From Chiloscyllium plagiosum (lineage: Eukaryota), in NCBI RefSeq assembly GCF_004010195.1, contig NC_057718.1, forward strand, positions 4,028,856 through 4,085,487: DNA of 56,632 nt, in the 5' to 3' direction. A program made the position numbers and the translations under genes. The notes under the pieces were generated by a model. It was given only the letters and a program-made list of their open reading frames with translations, ran no database searches and was not told where the DNA came from. This document shows, in pieces, positions 25,601 to 37,600 of the stretch (position 1 is the stretch's first letter; each line of letters begins with the position of its first letter).

Positions 25601-28600
25601 CTGGACCTGTTTATGACCAGTTTGTCCAGGCCCAGGAGCAGACCCACGAGGTGGTCTTCAGACTTGCCCTCCCTCCTCCATACCGGGTGCCCGAAGATCA
25701 GGAGCGTGGGACTGAAGTGCAACCAAAAGCAGAGGAGGAGGTTTTTAAGAAAATCAAAAAGGGAGTGCAAACGCCCACACCCAATATACATATGGTCCAC
25801 GGACTCCACAGCACCACAGAACAAGCAGTTGGGCTGGGAGTCCGTGAACCACCGCAATCTGCGGTTGCAAGGTACTGCTGCATGCAGCACCCTCCACCCC
25901 AGATCCCCGAGAGAAAGGGGGAGGACTCCCGCGTAGAGAGCCCTACACTGGGGATCCCCACCGCCCGGTGGCAAATGGGCACGCCAAGGCGTGTCCAGAC
26001 AATGGATGAGGGAGAAGAGGTGGACGGTGTGCAGCAGCAGTCTATACAGGGCCTGCCTTTGTCCTTAAAAGGGACAAAGTTAAAATTCCGGAGGCGGCTC
26101 AGGTTGTGGGCCCCAGGCTCCCGTGGGAAGTACGTGACCCTGGGGCCAATGTGAAATTCTGTCCGGGCTGGGGTGAGCACGGACGGGATCCCACCGCACA
26201 CCTGAGCGTCCTCCAACTGGTGCACTACGTCGGGTCCGAGCACCGCCGTTTTAAGGCGTCGGATGGCGGTGACCACGTACTGGACGTCTACCGCTGCCCT
26301 GCTCGCTATGTTCTGTGGCTGCATCCAGCCCAGGCCCCCGGCACCCAGCACGTCTCCGACCCTGGTCAACCTCGCCGCCACGGCCCTCCCCTCCGACAGC
26401 CACTCGAACACGCGAGTACGGAGGTGCGGATTCCTGAGCAACGGCTCCCTGACGACAGCCGCTACTTCTGCCGGAGGGTAGGCGCGACGCGATTCGACCA
26501 TGTTCCAGACAGTGATCAGGTCCTAGCAAAAGACAGGCAGTGTCTTGAGGGCGACCTCCAAACTGTCACAGTCAACGAACAGGAGCTGCATGTCGTAGTT
26601 GATGTAACGCACCTGGCGGAAAAAAATGTCGCCAGGGCGCACCACCTAGGAGGAGGCTTGACATAAAGGTATCGCTGCAAGGTCTGAAGGCGGAACGTCG
26701 CGACCAGGGTGCGGACGCACACCAGCGACTGACTGCCCTCCTCAATAGGGAGACTCAGAACCTGTGCAGTGACCCAGTGCATCTTTTTGTCCCAACATTC
26801 TCAGGATTTCAGCGACTAAACCAGGAGGAGGGACCAAAGTGACCAGCCGGTACCACAGCATGGCGGCCACCAGCTGGTTTATGACCAGCACTCGATTCCT
26901 GTCAGATAGCACTCGGAGCAGTCCTGTCCAGCGGCCTAGGCGAGCCGAGACTTTGGCCTCCAGCTCCTGCCAGTTGGCTGGCCAGGATTCCTCAGCCGGG
27001 TTGAGGTAGACCCCCAGGTAGAGGAGATGAGTGGTACTCCAGCTGAACCCCCATAACTCCTCCGGCAGAGAGTCCACCCGCCACGGACCGACCAGTAGTC
27101 CGGAACATTTGGCCCAGTTGATCCTGGCGGAAGACGCTGCTGAGTACACGACCTGGCAGGTCAGCCGGGTCGGTGAAAGTGAGGAGCACGTCGTCCGAGA
27201 GGACCACCCCCGTGCCCGCGCCGCGCAGAACCAACCCCGAAAACCTCCTCCGCAAGAGGCGCAGTAAAGGCTCCACACACAGGGAATACAGCTGGCCGGA
27301 CAGGGGGCAGCCTTGACGCACTCCTCTCCCGAAGCGAAGGGGCGCCGTCAGGGACCTGTTAACTTTAGCCAGACACTCTGCGGCGGCATACAAAAGTCGG
27401 ATCCGGGCAACGAACTGTGTCCCGAACCCGAATGCCCGCAGAGTCCCGAGCAGGTACTCATGATCAACCCTGTCGAACGCCTTCTCTTGGTCGAGCGACA
27501 GGAAGGCGCTCGGCAGACCAGCCCGTCGACAGAAATGGATCAGGTCCCGGATCAGGTGGACGTTATCGTGTATCCTCCGGCCCGGGACCGTGTAGGACTG
27601 GTCCGGGTGAATCATTTGGGCCAGCACGGAGGCCAGGTGAGAAGACAACACCCTGGCGAAGATTTTGTAGTCCGTGCTGAGGAGGGAGACCGGACGCCAG
27701 TTTTCAAAGAATGAAGGTCCCCCTTCTTTGGCAGCAGGACGATGACCGCCCTGTGCCAAGAAAGGGGCAGCTCTCCGGCATTTAGACACTCCCCCAGGAT
27801 CTGTGCATAGTCGCTCCCCAGGACGTCCCAGAACGCCCTCAAGAACTCCACAGTCAGCCCGTCCAGCCCCGGGGACATGCCCCTCGAGAGCCGGTCGAGG
27901 GCGCCGGTCAGCTCCTCTAAAGTGACGGGAGCGTCGAGCCTTCAGGCATCCTCCGGGCTGAGCTGCGGCAGGTCCTCCCACAGAACTCTGTGAACATCCT
28001 CGCTGGACGGATCTGGAGAGAACAGAGCCGTGTAATAGTTTCGGGCGTGGGTCCTGATACCCTCCGGATCCGAGACGAGAGACCCGTCGTCGGCCAGCAG
28101 CACAAGGAGCTGCTGACGGGTGCCATGCCTTTTTTCCAGCGAGTAGAAGAAGGAGGAGCCGCGGTCCAGGTTCTGGAGCAGCTGGATCTGCGACCCCACG
28201 TACGCGCCACGAGCCCCGACGAGCTGCAGGTCCCGGAACGCGGCCTTCTTCTCTTCGTACGCCCCGCGCAGGGCCGGGTCCGCGTCGGGCTGACCGAGGC
28301 GTGATTCCAGGTCGAGCATCTCCCTCTCCAACTCCTCGATCCTGGATTTCCGCCTCTTTGTCAACCCCCTCACGTACTGCTGACAGAAAACGCGGATGTA
28401 AGCCTTGCCCATGTCCCACCATAACCTCAGGGAGGGGAAACTTCCCCGCATCCTTCTCCAGCCGGTCCAGAAACGACGAAACGAGTCTCGGAACCGCTTG
28501 TCCTCCAGCAGCAGGTTGTTAAAGTGCCAGTAAGTGGACCCGAGCCGGGCGCCGAAAGGAAAGAGCTCCACCCACACCAGGTGATGGTCCGTGCATGACA

Positions 28601-31600
28601 CCTGCCGCGTGGAGGCCATCGGAAAACAAGAGCCGTACGCCCGCGAAACGTACAAGTGGTCGATTCTGGACGCTCCGACCCCAGGCCTCACGAAGGTGAA
28701 GGCAATGGAGTCGGGATGAAAATTCCGCCAGACGTTTCCATCACCTGGCGGTGACCAAGTTCCCCAACCTCCTCCCCGACGGCCAACCGGTGCGGGCACC
28801 GCCGTGGTCCCTGTCCTCGAGGATGCAGTTAAAATCTCCCCCGAGGACGACGTACTGGCTCTCGTCGATGGAGGCGTGATGAGCGAACACTTCGCCGAAG
28901 AAGCTCGCTTGCCTCGGCCCAGCCAGAGGCGTGTAGACTTTCACCAAGAATAAGAAACATTTAAAGGGATCTGAGCAAATGCTGGCAGGTGGGACTAGTT
29001 AATCTTGGAACTTGGTCGGAGTGGACTGGTTGGACCGAAGAATCTGTTTCTGTGCTGTATGACTCTATAGCTCTATGATCCCATCAATGCTTGCATAACT
29101 GCAGCATAACTTCCTTGCTTTTATGGAATGGTTATCCATTTTGGTTTGGAAGAGGTAGAAATGGAGAGAAACCTCAGAATGCTACAGTGCAGGGGGATCT
29201 GGGTGTTCTCATGCATGAATCACAGAAAACGTGTATGCAGGTACAATAGGTAATAAGGTAGGCAAATGGAATTTTTGCAATTACTGCAAAAGAAATAGAG
29301 TATAAAAGAAGGGAAGTGTTGCTGCAATTGTATAAGGCATCAGTGAGACCACATTTGGAGTACTGTACAGTTTAGTCCATTGAATTATGGAGGGATGTAC
29401 TGCATTGGAGGCAGTTCCAAGTATGTTCATTAGATTGATTCCAAAGATGAAAGCATTGTCTTATGAAGAAAGATTGAGCAGTTCAGTGTGATAAGAAGAG
29501 TTTTGAAGAATGAGGGGAGATCTGGTTGAGGTATGCAAGATGCTAAAGGAGATTGACAAAGTAGATATAGACAGGATGTTTCTCCTTGTGGGGAAAGTTA
29601 GAATAGGTTTAGGGTAAGGGACAGCAGATTTAACACAGAGGTGAGGAGAAATTACTTCGCTCAAAGCTTCATGGAATTCATTTGCCCAGAGTGTGGTGGA
29701 TGCTGGGACTTTGAGTAAATTAGGAATGAATCAAATGGTTATGGAGAGCAGGCAGGAAAGTGTAGTTGAGACTGAGGTGAGATTAGCCATTCCTGGTGGC
29801 TCAGTGGTTAGCACTACTGCTTCATAGTAGCAGGGACCCAGATTTGATCCCAGCCTCGGGTGACTGTCAGTATGGCGCTTGCACATTCTCCCTGTGTCTG
29901 CAGGGGTTTCTTTTGAGTCCTCTGTTTTCACCCACAATTCAAAGATGTGTAGGTCAGGTGGATTGGTCATGTCCATAGTGTTAGGTGCATTATTCAGAGG
30001 GAAATAGGTCTGGGTGAGTTACTCTTCGGAGGGTTGGTGTGAATTTGTTGGGCCAAATGGCATGTTTCCTGACTGGAAGTAATCTAATCTAATTTAAATG
30101 CAGGATTGAAGGGCTGAATGGCATACCCCTTCTCTGAGTTCTAAGTTTCAATTCCTCTTGTCATAAGACAACATCCCATTAGCCTCTCGATTACGTACTG
30201 TACCTGGAAGCTAACTTTCTCTGACTCCTGCATAAGAACATAGAGATTTGTCTGGATCCTGGCAGTCTCTCTGCATGCAATACTCTGCCTTATCTTTGTA
30301 TCAAAGTGAGAAATTTCACATTTTATCCTCTTTCTGCCAGATTAATCCCCAATGTCTCAACTTATCCACATTCACCTGCAACCGCACTATATCTTCTTCA
30401 CAACGTACTTCCTGATCAAGCACATCTATGAATTTAGTCATCGTGCCTTCACTCCCCTCACCTGAGTCACTGACATATTTTGGAAAAGTACAGCATCCTA
30501 TGAGACTCTACTGATCACATGCTGCCATTCAGCCAAAACATTGTTGCATCCTTTCACCATCCTTCACAGCTAGCGGCTAGTACTCCATCGAAGCATTCTG
30601 TTATGGTTGGACAGATTGAACAGTAAGCCTTCCTCCGAAATCACCTCTCTCTCTCTCTTCTCTCAGCTCATCAGCTACTAGGATTTGTGACTGCTTATTC
30701 ACCAGGAGAGCTCCTGTTAATTCCACAGTGAGCCCTCAGATCTGAAGCTTATCAGATTCCCTATCAGCTGCAGCTCTCTTCCAGGAGGAGACAGTGACAC
30801 AGGGAAGTGGCTGGGTCTGGCTGGAGGGAGGTTAGAGTGCACTCTGAAAGTTGTAACCACTTTGAAGCAATTGATGAAAGAAGGAACGTCTGTGCAGAAG
30901 AGAGAGAGAACACAAGGGGAGGTCTGGAATTGGGTGGAAGACGGAGGAAATCGTGGCAAACCTGGACACACACTATGGGAGAAAACAACAGAAATGACGA
31001 CAACCTGAATTTGATGAAGTTAGAATTATGTTTGCAACATTATAAAATCCCAGGTCAAACATAGTTTTCCTTCAGCTCATGTTGAATTTCAATGGAACAG
31101 TGTTTAAGGTTGAGGTCAGAGTGGGAGTGAGAATTAAAATGAGAATGAGTGGAAGCACAGCACTGATGGAGGATGTGGGCCTCCACACAACAGGCTACTG
31201 GGCACCTCTTTGACACTCTGCACCATCTCCCACATCTCGCTGATAATCAATGCTGGCACGAATAATGTGCTTCATTACTGGAACCTTCCAGTCAACAAGC
31301 CCGCCCCCAGCCTCCTGTCCTCACAAACATCTCTCCCCTCCCCCACACATCTGGTGACTGATGAAAACCCACAAGCTGGATGAAGTGACCTGTGCTCCCT
31401 CTCCTTTCCAGACTCCACAATGATCCACTTGGTGTTCCCTCTTCATCAGGGTGCTCCGTACAGAGCAACAATCCTGAGTAATGTCCACCAACAAGATGTC
31501 CTTCAGATTAACGAGATGGAGACTGTGAGATATCGCTGACCCATTCTCTCCTTGTGTCAAAGGCCATCTGTCAAATGGTTGCCTTGGAGTTCCCAAATTG

Positions 31601-34600
31601 AGAGCGGGCCTTGCTGAACTGGATGAGAACCAGCCAGAGTCCTGATGCAGCTAGCTCCTTCCCTCATGGGGCTTCAGTCCAAAGCCCTCTGTCACACACA
31701 TGGGCAGAGAAACAGTCTACACCGCACCTTGCCAAGGAGTGTCCCCTGGACAGACAAACAGACTCATCATCACAACCACCCCCAGAAAATGAGAAGGCGA
31801 TCACCAGGTTCTAGAGATTTTAATTTGGTGAATAATACATTGGGATGTTCAGCTGACAATCACCCAATCATAAATGTCCCGCCAAAGAAGAGGAGAGATT
31901 GACAGTTGCTGATTTGATCTATTGTAAACACTGTAACATTCAAGTAAAAAGGTTCTTTTGAGATTCTTAAAGACATCTTAAGCCATGAACTAAAAGTTTA
32001 AAATAAATATTATGAAATGATCCCCAGTCCCAACCTGTCCATCACCCACACAATCAAAAATCAGTTAGTATCATGTAAACAGGACTTACCTGTTACAGTC
32101 AGCTGGGTTCCATTCCCACTGATATCTCCCCACACTTTACAGTAATAGACCCCAGTGTCATTGGGCTGCACATTTGTGATGGTCAGAATGAAGCTGTTAT
32201 TGGAGAGGGCTCTAGAAGACTGGAATCGCTGGGTGAATCCTGGGCTCCGTTGTGTGATGTTCCTCACGTCATGTGTTAAAACCCACTCCATGTTATTCCC
32301 TGGTTGTTTCCGGTGCCAGTGAACATCGGTATGTGTCACTGCGGCGTTCCTCATGGTGCATTGTAACTGGGCAGTGTGACCCTTGGTGACACCTTCTAGG
32401 CTCAGAGACTGGAGAAGGACTGGGGGAGTTGCAACTTTAAGGGAAGAATATAAACAATGTACAAACTAGACTGCAATCTGTAAACTGTCCTCAATATTTC
32501 AGTTGAAATGTCCGAGAAGTACGCATTATCTCGTCACAAATGCACAAATATATGGCTCTGAAACTTTTAAACGAACATTTAAAATCTTACAAAATGGCTC
32601 CCATAAGTCACTTGTACTCCTTTGCGGATTAACCTGCAATTGGATTCAGCCTGTATCTGGGTGTAGCTTTGCTCGTTGAGCTGGAAGATTCATTGCCAGA
32701 CATTTTGTCACCCTTTGGGTTTTTTTGGGTTGTGTTCTCCCAGTCGAAGTGGTGTCCTTACATACAGATAAGGAAGGACACCCCTTCGACTAGGACAACA
32801 CATTATTCCTAGGACAAGACAAATAGAAACACACACAAGAATTCCGAGAAGCATGGCATCCCAACCGGAATTCTATCAATAAACACATCGAATTAGACCC
32901 CATCTACCAACCCCTGAGAAAAAGAACAGGAAATGACATTACCACAGGAAAAGACATCACCAACCCAAATAAACCCAGTCATATAAATAGAAAGCAGGAA
33001 TCATCAACAGTGCTTTGCCCGGAGACCCACTGAAGATGTTACCTAGTGGGTGACAAAAAGTCTGGAAATGAGCCTTCCAGCTCAGCGAGCAAACCTATAC
33101 CCAGAACTTCAATCTGAGCTACAAATCTTCCCAAAACTTGCTTAGCCTCTATTTATCTGAGGGAGAGCCACAAGAAAGACTGAACATTCCACAGGGTAAA
33201 GAGAAACCCATTGGCAGTATATTTTTGAAACTTCTCCTGCGTCAGCAAAAAGGTGACCAAACAGGTGGTTGAGGGTAAAGCATTTGATGTGGTGTATATG
33301 GATTTCAGTAAGGCATTTGATAAGTTTCCCCATGGTAGGCTATTGCACAAAATACAGAGGCATGGAATTGTAGGTGATTTAGTGGTTTGGCGAGCTGAAA
33401 GAAGACAGAGAGTGATGGTTGATCGGAAATGTTCATCCTGGAGTTCAGTTACTAGTCATGCACTGCAAGGATCTGTTCTGGGGCCACTGTCTGACTTCTC
33501 CTGCATCAACAAAAAACTAAAAGAATGAGAGATATAAACAGGAAACCCAGCAGGTCTGGCAGCAAATGAGGAGAGAGAAATCAGAATTTGTGTTCACTGC
33601 CACTCAGCTCAACGCCTGGAGCTGTCCTCACAGCTGCCTTCTAGGCTGTCCATCCAACATGGCTGCTCCCAGCCAGATGTTGATAGATGACACACTTCAA
33701 AAAAAAACCTGCACCCAAACCATGTCAGGTATTGTGGTAGTTCCCATCTTGAACACTGATTGTACATTGTCCTGGAGCTGAGGAAATGAACTTTTTAAAT
33801 ATCACAGCCTTACAATGTGAAAGCAGGCCATTCTGCCTATCAAGTCCACACTGACCCTCAGAAGAGCACCCAGTCCCAGCTCCCTAGTCCATCATTATAA
33901 CCCTGCATTTCCCATAGCCAATTCACAGAACCTGCACATCTTTGGACTGTGGGGGAAAACCGGAGCAACTGGAGGAAACCCATGCAGACACAGGGAGAAT
34001 GTGCAAACTCCACACAAACAGCCGCCTGAAGCTGGAATCAAACCCGGGTCCCTGGCACAGTGAGGCAGCAGTGCTAACCAACGGGCCTCCCATAGGCGTT
34101 TAGGTTAGGTTATCATATGACTAAAAGCAAAAAAATCTGAAATAAGACAGGAAGTTCTGGAGAAACTCAGCAGGTCCAGTAGCATCTGTGCAGAGAATCA
34201 CAGTTTATGTTTCGAGACTGAAATTTTCTTCATAACGGTGCTGAAGAAGGATCATTTTAAAAAATTCAAACAGTGGCTACAAGAGCAGTTGAAAGGCTAG
34301 GAATCTTGCAGGGAGTAACTCCCTTTCGAACTTCTCAAAGCCTGCCCAATATCTACAAAGGAACAAGTTAGCAGTCTGATGGAAAATGCACCATTTACTT
34401 AGCTGAGTAGGGCTTTAATATCACTTAAGAAGTTGAACAGCTTTCAGGTCAAAGCAGCTGGCTTCTTCATAATCCTGTCCATCATTTTATAGAACATTAC
34501 AGTTCAGTACAGGCCCTTCGACCCTCAGTGTTGCACCGACCTGTGAAATCAATCTGAAGCCCATCTAACTTACACTATTCCATGATCATCCATCTATTTA

Positions 34601-37600
34601 TCCAATGATCATTTAAATGCCTTTCAAGTTTGTGAATCTGCAACTGTTGCAGGCAGGGCATTCCGCGCCATTAGTACTCTCTGAGTAAAGAAGGAACCTC
34701 TTACATCTGTCCCACATATATCACCCCTCAATTTAAAGCTATGTTCCCTCGTGCAAGCCATCGCCATCCAAGGAAGTCTAGAAGAGTTATTCCCTGCAAG
34801 ATTCCCAGCCTCTCAACTGCTCTTGTAGCTGTTTGATTTTTTTAATGATCCTTGTTCAGCACCATTCTGAAGAATTTCATTTCCACCCTAACTAATCCTC
34901 TAATCATCTTGTATGTCTCTATTAAGTCACCTCTTAACCTTATTCTCTCTAACAAAACAGCCAGAAGTCCCTCAGCCTTTCCTCATAAGACCTTCCCTCC
35001 AGACCAGGCAACTTCCTGATAAATCTCCTCTACACCCTTTCCAATGTTTCCACATCCTTCCTGTAATGCAGTGACCAAAACTGTACGCAATACTCAAGTG
35101 TGGCCACACCAGAGTTCTGTACAGGTGCAACATGACCTCATGGCTCGAAACTCAATTCCTCAATCAATAAAACCTAACACACTGTGCGCCTTCTGAACAA
35201 CCCTACCTACCTGGATGGCAACATTCAGGGATCTATGCACATGGACACCAAGATCTCTCTGCTCATCCACAAAATGTTGAAAAAGATTATAAGAGATTGG
35301 AATTATAATCATCTTGAAAGAAATAAATTGATCAAGGATAGTCAACATGGTTTTGCAAAGGGTAGGTAGTGCCTTACAAACCTTATTGAGTTCTTTGAGA
35401 AGGTGACCAAACAGGTGGCTGAGGGTAAAGCAGTTGATGTGGTGTATATGGATTTCAGTAAGGCATTTGATAAGTTTCCCCACGGTAGGCTATTGCACAA
35501 AATACAGAGGCATGGGATTGTAGGTGATTTAGTGGTTTGGATCAGAAATTGGCGAGCTGAAAGAAGACAGAGAGTAATGGTTGATAAGAAATGTTCATCC
35601 TGGAGTTCAGTTACTAGTGGGGTACCGCAAGGACCTGTTCTGGGGCCACTGTTGTTTGTCATTTTTATAAATGACCTGGATGAGGGCGAGATTACAGATT
35701 GCTGCCCCTCAAGATATCAGTGAACCGGAAAAGTGATTTAATGCGGAAAAGTGTGAGGTGATTCACTTTGGAAGGAGTAACAGGAATACAGAGTACTGGG
35801 TTAATGGTAAGATCGCCTTAAATGTTCACTCCCTCCACCACCAACACTCAGTAGCAACAGTGTGTACTCTCCACAAGATGCAGTGCAGAAATTCAGAATA
35901 GATCCTCAGACAGCACCTTTCAAACCCACAACCATTTCCATCTAGCAGAACATGGGCAGCAGATACATGGGAACACTACCCCCTGCAAGCTCCCCTCTGA
36001 GCCACTCAATATTCTGACTTGGAGATACATCTTTCACTGTCACTGGGTCAAAATCATGGAATTCCCTCCCTACAGCATGAGGATTGCAGTGGTTCAAGAA
36101 GGCAGCTCACCCCCACTTTCTCAAGAGGCAACAAGTGATGGGCAATAAAGGCCCATTGAATGACAACCACACCATAAGAGTCAATAAATACAGCCAACCG
36201 GTTCACTGGTATCCTTGAGGGGCAGCAATCTGTAATCTTTAGTTTGGCCTGTATCTGAATCCAGAAATGTGGCCAGCTCCAATCTGTCCTCTGAAATAGC
36301 TGAGCAACACTCTCAACAGGATCACAGCTGCAGATGTTCAGAGAGGCAGCTCACTGCTATGTTCTGAAGGGCAATGAGTGAGGAGCAGTAAATGCTGGTC
36401 CAACCCAGTCACACCCATATCCATGGCATGCTGGAAAAAGTATCAATCCATTCTCATATTTCTACGATTCAACTTTTCCATTTTGCCTCTGAAACTAACC
36501 TTCCCACTGCGCATTCCGTGCCCCGACATGAAATTATACGATTCCACTTGTCTGCTCTACAGTGTGACGGTAAAACAGTTCCCAGTTGGGTCTGTGCAGC
36601 TGCCTGTGTTCCCTCCCATTGACTTACCAGTTACATTGAGCTGGTTCCCTGCTCCATAGATGTAGCCCCACACACTGCAGCTGTACACAGCAGTATCATT
36701 CCGAGTCACATTCACAAGGCTCAGAATGTAACTGTTCCTGCTGACATTCCTGGAAAGCTGAACCCGATCATGGAAACCGTGGGCCTTGGTGAGGGTGCCA
36801 TTCACAAAGTGGCTTATCACCCACTTCCTGTTGCTGCCAGGTCGCTGGTAGTGCCAGTGGACATCAGTGTCAATCACACTGGCATTGTGCATGGCACACT
36901 GGAATTCGACAGTTTCACCCTCTGGTACCTTGCTGACCACTGGATCCTGAATGAGGACTGGATCAGCCAATGGGTCTGTTGCAGGAAACAGATATAAATC
37001 AACACAGAGAGAAAAAATACTTCATCTTTCAAATCTCAGTAATACATCAAAAAAGTTTGACTTGATGTTTAATGCACTACTTTCTAAAGTATGGGGCTGG
37101 AAACAGTGCAACTCAACAGGGTGTAGTCTGTCAGCTGTGGTTTATTGGGAACTCTCTGTCTCTGAGGCAGAAGGTGATGGGATTGCCTCCCCCTCCAGAG
37201 GGTTGAGCAGACATTGGGGCCATCCAGAGCAGCACTAAGGCAGTGTGTTTGGAACAGGCAGCACTGACCTGAGGTGTTAAACCAAGTCTGTCCTTACAGG
37301 AGGATGTGAAATATCCCAGGATATCATTCAAGGGTCAACACAGGAGTTCACCCAGTCTTCAGGAAATATGTATCTCTGAAGCAGAAGATGGGGCTATTCA
37401 CTTCAATGCTGTTTGTTAGATCTTTCTGTATGTTTTCCCCACTCATGACTACAATGTACCTCATTTGCTGTAGATTATGTTGGGACCCTCTGAGGTTGTG
37501 AAAGGTGGTACTGAAAAAAATAGTTGTTTATTATTTTAATGTTTCATGCTATCGCATCAAAATGCCATTGGAAGACTGGGATGAGGCATCTCCAAATTTG

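Noticed and set aside
25459-28799. Long GC-rich ORFs as host or horizontally acquired genes
   Set aside because: All are frames or antisense frames of the Tx1-like ORF2, bounded by a TSD.
30700-30845. Possible constant-domain or stalk exon after D4 (..[12 protein letters not shown]..)
   Set aside because: The phase-1 frame hits a stop, and the other frame lacks C1 Cys/Trp spacing. D4 joins the TM exon in phase without it.
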